Below, piece after piece: positions 49,523 through 61,077 of a DNA stretch of 64,000 nucleotides. Source of the stretch: Dudresnaya verticillata (Eukaryota); NCBI GenBank assembly GCA_977862235.1, contig OZ374560.1, forward strand, positions 496,001-560,000, read 5' to 3'. Each line of letters starts with the position of its first letter. Positions within the stretch are counted from its first letter, which is position 1. Below the pieces are notes generated by a model. That model did not search any database. It was not told the origin of the DNA and saw only the letters and a list, made by a program, of their open reading frames with translations. Both the position numbers and the translations under genes were made by a program.

Positions 49523-51762
49523 CTTGGTGTTTTCTGTGACCGAGAAGTATCTTCAGGTGTTTCTCAGATTGCAGTTGCAGCACTGATGAAGACTTGAAGA
49601 ATCGTTGTTAATCTTAGTATGCCATAGACCGACATGCGAACGGAGTGAACTCTTTATAGTCTTCGTCTAGAAGGGAAATTGGTGAGAGTGCTGGGTAGGG
49701 AAAGGACCAGCAAAGATGCTTGCCATGCGAAAAAGGTCTCGGAACAAAAGCAGAAGATGAAAGTGTTTAATGTCTGACTTTTCATTACTGCTGACTTGAG
49801 GACACAGGTGGTGCCTACCTGGACCCAGCTTAACTTCATAATGCATACCCCCAGTGGCGCCAATGTTTATGACCACCAGAAACCTACTTTCGAGGCGTCT
49901 ACTAAATTGCTGAGTTCGCTGTGCAGTTGCTCGAGCGCAGTATGACTGGGCAGCAGAACGATCAACTCCTTTGGATTACTCAGACGCACAGCGAAGACTA
50001 TCAAAGAAGTGATTACGTGCTGAATACCGGGTCATGTTCCACGATGTTAACGATATGCGGTGAAGGATTTGGGAATGTGGGGGGCGCTGCATTGCTACCG
50101 ATGAGTAGCATGAACCTCACAGGGCGGTTTATGTCGGACTGACGTAATGCAGAGTTCGCAAAGCAAGTACAACACAACACGGCAGGAGGCCTAAAGGGAG
50201 CTTCCGGAAACGATGTGCATGGTGGGCACTAGTCAGCACTTGTGAAAGAAGAGCAGTTGCGCACAGTCGGACGCAGCCATGATCACAGTCCATGGTTGAC
50301 CCGTGCACCTTCGCTGGGCGCAAGCCATTCTTGATTGCAAATGACGCTCGTTGACGCGTGCGGCGCACGATGCGAGGGGGCTTTTGGAAGAAAGTGCGGA
50401 TCAGGCAGCTGGGAGCATAGACGGGAAGAGGAATCGCGCTGTTAGACGACATTCTGCGTCATCAGCCGTCGTTATGGCAAACGGTTGTGAAGGTCATGGC
50501 TGCTTTGAATGCCACTGCAGTGCGCGCGGAGCAGTGATGAGTGAAGAGTGCTGAGAGAGGCGCACGGCGCGGCGCGACTGTCCGGAGAGCGTGTTTTTCT
50601 TTTGCAGAAATTGGGTATTACCGGTCGGAGCCGCCGTCCCAAGATAGAGAATAATGACGTGGCCCCTTCGCGCGGCGCCTCCTCCTCCTCCTCCTTCCCG
50701 CCTTGCGCAGCCTTTTCAGTAGAGTTTGGTGCGGAATGACTTCATGGAACAGCTCCTCCACTCTCTCGTTATTTAAAGATAGGAACAAGCATCTTGTACT
50801 ACCTGCTTCAAGCAGCAACGAATGTGACCTTCACTCCACCTTTGTGTAAACAGCCCAGGCAGGACGCTTACAACGTCTTGACCGACCTCCACCGTCTGTC
50901 AAGAAATAAATCCTCTGTGATCGCTCTGTACTGTCAACGGATGCCAGCGCAAGTGCTTCAACGGTATTTTTGCTTTTGAGACCGTCGCCTCAGTGAGGAG
51001 AGCCTCACTGACCAGACCTGTTGCGTGCTGGAAACTGCTCCGGCAACAGAACGCCACCTGTGACACCATTCATCCCGCCTCCCAGTTCCCCCTCCGCTGT
51101 CCTTTTTACAGGCTGCTAAAACACTCCACTGCTGTGCCAGGAAGCTCCTGCCAGGTGTTTCGATAGCGGTCAGAAGCTGACGTAATGCAGAAAGAGGAGC
51201 AAGGCTCGGCATATGGGACGGGGTTTTACAGCGTGAGTAAATATTTCCGTCCCGCCTTCACCTGCATACGGTTTACTCCGCATCATATTCCGAAACGTTT
51301 CCGTCAAACATCCCATTCTTAGTATGCATCACTCCCACTACTTTTGTGTCTTTGCTGTCAGTAGAGAAGTTGCAACTTCCTCCACAAGCCTGGACCCTTT
51401 ACTGCCAGAAAAGCAGTTCCGTATTCTTTTTCAATGAGTCCAGTTGATTGAATGAATGATTGCCGTAAATTCTTTCCCTCGCATGCGATTCATTCTCAAG
51501 CACGATACCAACATGCTTCCGCAGAGTCCCAATAACACGTTGCAAATCCGCATACATCCACACCACAAACTAGAGCATGAAACTCCAATATAGCAGAAGG
51601 AGTTTCTGTGGCCGTAGAGAGAAGGAAAAATATACCTTGGAGCGCTATCAAGATTAATTGAGTACCCCGACTTGACCTCCACATCCAGCTCAAACATGAG
51701 AAATTTTTAGTGTACTACTACTTTGCCCTCATGTTTTGTAAGAGGCATCCCTCCCCTCAGGC

Positions 51763-52200
51763 CTAAAACGGATCTCCAAAGAAATCTTCATCCTTAAAGA
51801 ACTCACCAGGAGCAGAGGCAGCTCTTGAAGCCGCAGCTGGTTTGGATTTTAACTCTTTCCTTTTCTTCCGTTCTTGCGCGGCAATTCGATTCTTCTTCAG
51901 CTTTTCCTCAAGCACAGCGACTTTCTTCTCCAGAGACTTGATGGTTTTATCATTATTTTCCAACAATTCCTTCCTCCGTTCCCTCTCCTGCTTCTGTGCT
52001 TTCCTCCTGTTAATCTCTGTCAATCTTTTCCTCCTACGAGCGGCCTCCTTAGGTGACACAAGTTCAACCGGCGGCTGCGCCGGAATATTTTGAGGGGGTT
52101 TCGTTTTTATCAGCAGTGAGCGTTGGGGTTGGGGCAGGATAAACTGAGAAGAGCGCGGTGGAAACCCTGCTCCCTGGCCCAAATTGTTGCCGTGCTGCAT
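51763..52200 (-). CDS. bZIP paralogue with degenerate basic region
   Basis: Zipper TIKSLEKKVAVLEEKL and C-terminus GEFFKDEDFFGDPF match 49073-49522; first ATG at 52200. Confidence 0.82.
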   Translation of the reverse strand: MQHGNNLGQGAGFPPRSSQFILPQPQRSLLIKTKPPQNIPAQPPVELVSPKEAARRRKRLTEINRRKAQKQERERRKELLENNDKTIKSLEKKVAVLEEKLKKNRIAAQERKKRKELKSKPAAASRAASAPGEFFKDEDFFGDPF

Positions 52201-55200
52201 CTTTCCTTGCACTTAACGTGTTTTGAGGCGTGTTTTTACCGACTGTTTTTGATCTGCTCGTGTACGAGGCTGTGCAATCGAGGAGCGGAGCACGATTTGC
52301 AGAGAAAACACGGGTGATGTCGTTTGACCAAGTGGGTTTGGTGGGTGCGTTAGTTGTTGTCTTCCTTCGTATGGGAATGGGTACCAAGAGATCATGAGGA
52401 AGCAACAGCGGCTGCTGTCGGGGGGGCTTTTAACCTTACTAAGCTACGCTACGTGAAGTTGAAGGATGCGGCAACGAGGGTTACCGGGCGAGTATGAGAG
52501 ATCATGTAGTGGGGACGATGTGATGGCGCTGTTGTTTCCGGCCATTTTTCGGGGCATGTGCGTGGCGAGCTCCCGAATTTTGGCCCGGTTTCGAAAGAAG
52601 CTATCTGAAGCACGCCGCGCGGCAGACTCTGCCGGGAAAGCGGTCAGCACAACGTGGCAAGCATCATAGTACCTACTCACATAAACCATCATACAGTTTC
52701 TTGACAGTCGGGGCCTCAGTCGGGGCCTCATTCGGGACCCCGCAAGCTTGTTGTCGGGTTAAGATACCAGGGTTAGTCAAAGTCTGACTAAGCCCGATAA
52801 ATGCATTTTGAAGATGACGAGTTGTTTTGTACAGTTGCCGTCGTCAAAGAAATATTGCATTGGAGACGAATTGCGCAATACCTGAAGCTAGAACCGCACA
52901 GCAATTTCTTTAACTCAAGAACCAATCTTATGGAGGGAGCTACCGTGGAAAAAGAACGCTGGTAGTTTAGATGTACAGGCGTATGTAGCCACAACGGGCT
53001 CTTCGAGAAGCCTACAGACTGTTTTGTAGTTGTCCCCAAAACCCACTATGTGGCTTGAAGATGTCTTTTTCAAGCACCAAGAAAATAGTATAGCGTATAG
53101 CCTATACCAAACCGGAGAACTATTTTACTATCTTAGATAAAGGAAGTGCTTTAGAATTAATGAAGAGAAGCCTAGATTGAGCAACAAATAGGTCTTCTTT
53201 CGATTTCTTTCAAGACTCGGTGCGAGAACAAACTTGTTGAACTTTACACGCATACATGCAATATGAGATGAGATCTACGTCTCGTATTGGGCCCTATATT
53301 CACTTGTTTCTCTTCTTGAAAAGACTTATCAGGACTCCACTATGAGATTACGCTATTCCATCTGGATTCTGGCTTTTCAAGGAACGAAGATAATTTAGCA
53401 AAAGAATGAAGCTGCGAGAATTCGCTCCTTTGGTGGGAGCTCGCCGTCATGCTACCGCTCGAAGGGTGGGAGTTGAGGGGAATTTCATGCAGTCTTGAAA
53501 AGTTTCTCGCAGTGTGCTAGAGTGAAGCTGCTTGACAAGCATCGTGCAACCTTTGGGCCACTCTACCACACTCATGACGCTTCTCCCGCTTACCATGTGC
53601 TTTTTTTATCCCACCCACCCGTGCATCTCTCACGGAGATCAGGAACACTCGAACGACAGATTCTGGTTCTAAGCCTTGGAGTGTTGAGAGCTTGACTAAC
53701 TGCTGGGAAATATTTCAAGCAAGCCCCAGAATACCGACTAGTTTAGCTTAGTTGTTATAATTCTATCGCGATAGGCCTAAACTGCTACATGTGATGTAAC
53801 ATAGCAGGGAAGCCTCTAAGCTTCTGGACAAGTGCGCAAGTACACAACGTGTACTCGACAAAGAGAACGGAGCAGTTCCACGTTCCTTCATTCAGCAGTG
53901 CATATATCATGGCCAGTTAGAATGGCACAGCACTCCATGGTTTTTGAGAGGTATTACCAAGATCCCCCGCAACATAGTTGTATAATGGGCGATAAGTAAG
54001 GGTGGTTATCACTCTGGCTGAAGGGACAACGTGAGGCTGAGGGGTGATGTTCGGCCTGAGGCTTGCCGATGTCGCGCCGCGGGTATCGTCCCTGCCTGCA
54101 GGGACAATCACTTTATTTGCACTGAGCACGAAGTGATAATGACACATACTGTCTGTAGATTGAAAGGAACCGGCTTAACCTAAGAAGAGAGGATATTCCG
54201 AAGCAGGTTCGGTTGATCGAACGCTAGCTGGTGATCACTGCTAATTCCTATTGAGACACAAAGCTGGAATAGTGAGAGCACTTTCGAGTGTTGTAGTGCA
54301 GTTCTTACATGTATACTCGTAGAGCTCATACTAATAACACGCGAGCTGCACTCCTTGAACAAGAAGATTTTGCCAACCAGGAGCTGTATAACAAGGATCT
54401 CCTGGTAGTATGTATAACTATCGTAACGTACCAAACGCCTTGCATTTTCAGGAGAAAACGGTTTACCACTGTAGATACCTATTGCAAGGGGATATCATGT
54501 GTCCAAGGAACAACAACAAGCAAAGCCACAAGAGGAGCTCCCGTTCCTCAACGGTTTCTATCTGCTTGGTCCGCCGTGGACGTTGCGGGTTCGCTCGATC
54601 CGTCGAGCCTGCGGGAGTGTATGTGCGCACGTGCTGGAGAGTGTCCGTTGCCACACCGTACAAATAGATAATAGATGTTGCCAACGTCAAGCACAAAGAA
54701 CAAAGGTAACAGAGTGTTGAGAACAGCGCTGAACAAGGCACAAGAGTGTTTTCGAGTGTTGCAACTCAACTCGAAACGAGTGGTATTGAACGGATGTGAG
54801 CTAAACCGGAACCTCGTGGCGCAAGTCGTGCGCGCGGTGGCGGCGTCGTCGCGACCGCGCGCCCATGGCCTTGTTGCGGCGATGCGGGCGGTCGAAACGT
54901 CGCGGGCGCACGGCACGGCGAGCGGCGCGCCATTGCTGCACGGCGCGCGCGGAGCCAATGAGCCTCCACGATCTCGCCGGACGCGTGCCACCTTGGAGCT
55001 TGCGCGGTGCTGCGGCGCCGCGGCGTCGTCGGCGCAGCGCGAGCTCGCACGCGTTGAGACCGCGTCGAGTTCGAGGCCAGGGCTTCCATGATATCGGGTC
55101 GGGCTTGCGGTGCGCGGGGTCGAGGTCGCGTCGTTGTGTCGCGGTCTGTTGCAGTGTGCATTGTTGCGAGGTGTTTTCATACAACGTTGCTGAAATAGGT

Positions 55201-56195
55201 CTGACTTGTTTGCTTGGCACGACTGGCGCGTAGGTGCGACGGAACATTCTCAGCTCAGTCTACTTTTTCTCCGAGCATGAGACACCCACCTGTTGTCCCT
55301 CCCATCCCTCCTGGAAAGAGGCCGGAAGATTCTTTTATTTTCCGTCTTGCTTCATGCACGCACACACATACCAATCCACATAGACACTTTTGTTTCTTGA
55401 AGGATGCTGAATTGAATGCAAATTATGAACGCCTTCCACCACAGATCTCCAACCGAGTTAACAATGTATAAAGCAATCATATACCACACCTTGCAACTCT
55501 ATTGCCCCGCCTTCCTACTGAGCCCAGCTTTTGAAATGACTGCATATCTCGCCTTATTTCATACACATCTAGTATTTCTTGCCTCTCCTTAGGAATTGAA
55601 AGTTGAAACTACACGTCTTGGTGGCTTCCCGAGGTCATACAAATAGATCCCGAAAAGCAAGTAGTGCTTTTGAGAGTTGTGGCTAAACTCCAGCCCCTGT
55701 TCAGATAATAATCTCCCTTGAACAATTCCACACACACACATACACGTATCTAATGAGACTGTGCACCCTCATGGTTGAACGTAAAACTCATGTATGTTTT
55801 TGTCCCTTAACTTCCAGGGGAGAGAAGTAGGTTGAACTTTGTCTTACCCTAAATACAAGGTGCGAATTCCATGGATCACTGTTGCATACATCAACTATTT
55901 TTGGTCTTCTTTAGAGCTTTGGGGAGGTAGACTACCTTATCTTCCCTTGATACCGCGTGGAACTAATATTGTAATAGATGGAATGCAAGACACTTGTTTC
56001 TTGCATTGTTAGTCTTCGTTGAGATATGTGGACGAAATTCAACGTTCTTCTGTGCACTTTTAAGTCGTAATAATCATTTCATAAGTTAGATTTGGACCGA
56101 GCAGGTGAGAGAGTTGTATTGAAACCGCTGTCATAGATATAGTTGTTGCTATCTGTAGACTCGTGTTTTCAGGCTGGTGACGAGAAAAGAAGTGG

Positions 56196-57775
56196 TCATT
56201 GGAAGTCTAAATCTCGAATGGCTGTCCGAAGTCTTTCATTTTCTTCACGCAAAAAATCCCTTCTTCGCTCAAGCGATTCTAACCCTAGTCTTGCCCTGTG
56301 TAGTTCGAAGGAGATGGCAGAGAGAGACTCAAAGAAGTACTCATCGTCAATACCTACGTTTTCAACATCTTGAAACTCAGAAACCGCAGCACTGCTTCCC
56401 AAAGTCGCCATGTCGGTATCATGAGGGTCTATTATAGAAAAGAGGCAATATGCAAAAATGACATGAAGAGGTAGAGTTTTTCTCCTTGTGAGGTTGTCAG
56501 GGTTGAGCTTTTTTTTCAAAACAAAACGAACAACTCAGATAGAACCGTGAATTCTCATCTTCGTCTCGCTGAAGAGCGATGGTGGCGGTGAGATGATGGT
56601 CTCTTACCTCTGCTGCCTACAATGTCAGAATACCGAGAGCTGCTGCCACCCCCTCTGCTCCTTTCCAGCTGTAGACACTGTTCTCTGAGACTGTTGAGGA
56701 TATCGGCGGCACATTCGCCCTTGTTGCGAGCCGGATATCCTGGTCCTATGGAGGCGTCGCCACGCCCGTTGGTGTTGCTGCTTCCATTTGTTGTCGCTGT
56801 CCTTGTGAGGTGGCAGAGCTCGGTGACGCTGTTCTCATCGACGGACACGGAAATCTTGCATCTCGCTCGACGGGCGGGGGAGCGGACGAGAACTCCGTGT
56901 AGGGAACGCTTCCATGAAGTCCTCGTGGTAGCAAAAGTGCCGCCGTACAAGACAAAGTTGGGAGCGAAGGAGGAGAAATCCATGGGATGTGCGGGCATCC
57001 TGGTATCGGGGACACACGAGCACGGAGTGCTGCAAGTCGTGGCGGAGCGCGAGCAGACAGAGCAAGAGATCCTGTCTTCGTCGTACAGATCGCAGCTCAT
57101 GAGGGCGTTGAGCAAGAGCGGGGCGGAAATCTTGCGCTTGGCGGTGAGGTCTCGGAAGCTCTGACGATGGAGCTGAATGAGGGAGATGCATCTGCCGGAA
57201 ACGGTGCCTTGGGACATGTAGGAGAGAGCGGTGGTGCCGATGGAGGGGCAGCTCTCGACTGTGAGCAGCGTGGTGTCGCGGTTGTCGAAGACGAAGCGGG
57301 CGCAGGAGACGATGTAGGGCGTGGTGGTGGTGGCAGGCGGGTGGGTTGGGAGAAACCTGACCTGCACGCCGATGGTGACGGGGCCGCGGGAGAAGACCGG
57401 CACGAGGGCGAAGCGCTCCGTGTGGGGGAGTTCGGGGTCGAGCGGGTGTGCGAGCGGGAGCGCGGCGGCGGTCGGAGTGGGTGCAGCTGGTGCGAAGGGC
57501 CGGGACTGCGGAGGGTGCGGCGGAAGCGGCGGCGAAGCCGGCGGAGTGGACGCATGCGGGAGGCAGACCAGGTCGACCAGCGGGGCGGACGCGTTCTGCA
57601 CGCCGGAGATGAGGTCGTGCACGGCGAGCGGGTCGGACGTGAACAGGAAGTCGGCCACCCAGACGTGGGCGTTGGGCAGCGCCAGCGCGCGCGCCAGCAC
57701 GGAGATGGCGCGCGTGTACGGGCCGGACGGGTCGGAGCGGTGGCGGGGGGGCGCGGCGGGGCGGGCGCGGCGCAT
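56196..57775 (-). CDS. Two-exon hypothetical protein with a Cys-rich motif and C-terminal coiled coil (exons 57775-56608 and 56428-56196)
   Basis: GTAAG donor at 56607 and TAG acceptor at 56429 (179-bp phase-1 intron) join the two ORFs in frame (..GSR-D-PHDT..); CSVC..CSC..PAHPMDF; LERRRDFLREENERLRTAI; TATAA at about 57890. Confidence 0.7.
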
Positions 57776-57795
57776 GCTCTGGCATGCGGGCGGGC

Positions 57796-57821
57796 GGGGG
57801 GGGGGGGGGGGGGGGGGGGGG
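57796..57821. repeat. G26 homopolymer
   Basis: Direct reading of the sequence; lies about 20 bp upstream of the minus-strand ATG at 57775. Confidence 0.95.
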
Positions 57822-60800
57822 TTGATGCGAGGGAGTTGGCGGCGGCGGCGGTGGCGGGCGAGCGGTGGCGGGGAGACGTGCGCGGTGTTATAGCGCGGGG
57901 CGCGGACGCGGAGGTGGCGCAGTGACGAGGAGGCCGCAGCCACGGGCGCACGGCGCGCGTGGACGGGTTGCGCACGGCACGGCGCGCGCCGCAGAGCACA
58001 CCGACTCTGCGGCTGCGCCCTGCTGGACGGTCGCGCTCGCAAAGCCGCGCGTGTGCGTTGCTCGCCGCGCCATTCCCCGACCCGCCGCGCCGCGCCGCGC
58101 GCGCCGCGCCCCGACCCGCGCCGCCGCGCTTGTTTACAGGACATGTGCCCGCTCGCGCGCGCGAACCGCCGCCGCGCGCGGAGCTCGGCAAACGGCCGGC
58201 GCTTCCACCGCAGTTCAAAGCCCCCCGCACCCTCTGCGGCGTTTGGGCGCGCACCCGGCTAACAATTGTTCACAACTCATCGTCTTGTCCCTCCGCGCAG
58301 CCGCGCCCGCCGAGCACAGCTCTCGCGCCTTCCTGCGCGGCAGTCTCGACGCCAACTGCTCCGAGATTTCTGCATTTCGCGCAAGGAGCACACATCAAAT
58401 CATTCGCGCATTTTCGATGACGTTTCAGAACCCCCTCGGTCGCCGCGCGCGTAAACCTATTCTCGCCCAACTCGCACACTCTTCCGTCCCATTCCCCCCG
58501 CCTCAACCTCCCCTTACAAACCTGCACGAGTCCGTTACACTTCTGTTTCTTTCCTTTTTAGTCGCGCACTTACAAAACTCCATGCTGCTTGTGCTTGCTG
58601 ATTTCCCTCACGGAAGCGCGTCCTTGGCAAAACTTTCGTATTACGCTCAGCCTTTGTTGCGGTCCGCCTCCAGTCTTGATCGTTTCCTAAAGGCTGGCGA
58701 AAACTTCATCTTCTTATCACCAACTTGACAATATCACAGTCAGTGCTCATGCCTCACCAGCCTACCCATCAATTTATTAGCTACTGCAACGTCTATGAAC
58801 AACAAGTCTCAAATATGTGCCCATCTCGTCTTCTTGCTTTACCACGGTCCCCGCTCACTCTCCTATTCTTCACAGAAATTATTCTCTCTCTAGTTCACAG
58901 CTAATCCCAAGGACTCTATCCAAATCAATCCCCATTGCAAGATATAAAGCCCAATTGGCACCATGGGGAACTCTATTGTTCAATGTAGCAGGATTTTTTT
59001 AGTTCCCGGAAGGATTGTGATGATGTACATCACACAGTCAGTACTTTCATCGTTATATTGCGATAGAAAAGCCTTGGGTAATCTCTTTGCCCGGCGCTTG
59101 CTCTCTCTCTCTCTCTCTCTCTCTCCCTTCACAGGCACAGACACACGGAAGAGATACACGCCCTGAAAAGCGGGTACAAACTTGCGCCGGTCTGCGACGT
59201 CTCATAGTCTAGGGAATCCTACACATTAAACGATGTGCCGCCAGGCACCCGGCACTAGTGGGAGCTCAACTGCAGCAACAGCTTTCGACCACAGCCCGTT
59301 CTATCTCAGCGGCGATTCATCGCTGTTGCATCACGCTCTCCAGAAACGTGTGTCCATCAAGGGAGTGTGCGCAGAAGTGAGGAACGCTTGCACAGAGTCA
59401 GTCCCGTCGCCCAGCTCTCGCAGCGAGAAGATATTTGTTGCCGGTGACGGATGCAAGCGGGAAGTGGATTGTGATTGTGCGGAGTGGTGCCACGCGGACC
59501 AGTCGAGCAGTTGCAGCAAGGAGCAGTCCAGCGCGGCGGCGAAGGTAGCATCCAATGTACGCGCTTGAAACCACCGCGTGCGCGCTCTTTTTTCGAGGAT
59601 TTTTTTCCTGGATCCGCGCGGATCGTTCCACTCTGCTGACTGACTGTGAGTCAGCGCTGGCGCACGCAAACCACTGCTCCGAGCAGCCGGCCCTTTCCGC
59701 CGCCGCCCAGTCAGAGCTAACACGTGTCTTGCTTTGTCTTTTCTTCTGGCAAAGAGCCAAACTCGCAACCTCGTAACCTGAGTGCACTTCATTTCTTTTT
59801 GCGCCGGGAATGTGGAGACTCAGGCCGGGTCAAGGCCGTGAGTCTCAACACGCAAATGCGGCATTCGCGTTGTAACCTAACACCCACAGGACAAGCAGCT
59901 TAAAATGACGAGAAAACCAAAAACAGCATCTCGAGGGACCTTCCAGTTCGTTACAGTAATCAGCCTTCCCCCCTTTTCATGTGCACCATGACAGCTTTAG
60001 ATGCGTTCTGTCAACAATTTTCATCGCTCAACTGGTTTCATGTCCCTGTTTGCGTGCCAGTAGGAAAGAGTCATCTCTGGACTTGTTCTCCCTGTTTACA
60101 GTTGTTCTCGTCGCTGCTAGCAGTCGTTCTCTATCAGAAGCGCCGGATCATGTTCAGATCAGAATCAAAACAGCGGTCAACTGCTCACCCCAGCCCTTGT
60201 TACAGCTGATTTTCTTGTCTGCTTGCTCAAGAGAATTTTCGGCGAGATGCTACATATGCTTTTCCAGCTCAACATTGGGATGTCTCCAGTGATTTGTTTT
60301 GAAGCGATGCGTCCACGATATTTGCCCCTGAGGAACTTGAGAGGCAGTCTAGTTTGACCCGATACCGTTCCCCTCTTATAAATTAAGAAAACCGCTTTTC
60401 CCTATCATGTTTACTCCTGTTTTCCAACGCAACTGGTGGAATTTGATCCGTCTGTACTACAGTCCATTATCCCGAGCCGTGCACTTTTGCGAGTAATATT
60501 TATACCCCTCGAGGGATTCTGTCACTTTGGTATGTTTGCAAACTTTGTTTTTACGATATCGTACCTGCAGGGACTATCCAAAGAGCCATCCATGAAACAT
60601 TCTTGACAGTGGTGATACACACGATCCATTCCTCTAAGCTCTGCTTCTACATATTGGGAATCAATTATTCACATGTCCTGCACGGCGTGATTTCAAACCT
60701 TAACCATCATCTGGAGGCGGCTTTCCACAGTGAGGCCTCAAAATGTCACGATCCGTGCTTGCAAAAAGTAAAGAGAGTCGCACACTAACGCTCCGCGAAC

Positions 60801-61006
60801 GCAATCGCGCTCGCACAGGAAATAACAGCAATGCCTCGCCGCTGCAATCGCGCGTCGCGCGCCCGAGATCAGTTTATTGCCCACCGCAATGGGTCGGGGT
60901 TACCAGCGGCCGGCCCACCACCGTGTCGCTCGGACTCAGTCATCCTGCCCCAGAATCCAGGCTCTCTGGTCATGCTCCTACTGGGCGAAGCGACTTCCAG
61001 ACTCTA

Positions 61007-61077
61007 AACAAGATCGAATACTTTTTAGGATGGTCTCTAGAGTCCAGAGATCATTCTAGAAGGTAGTCGATCTTGTT
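61007..61077 (+). ncRNA. 71-nt hairpin, pre-miRNA-like candidate
   Basis: 32-bp stem (27 Watson-Crick, 4 G-U, 1 mismatch) with a 7-nt loop. Confidence 0.4.

Noticed and set aside
54548..55247. Several overlapping Arg/Ala-rich ORFs
   Set aside because: Explained by very high GC and lack of stop codons; no domain or consistent frame.
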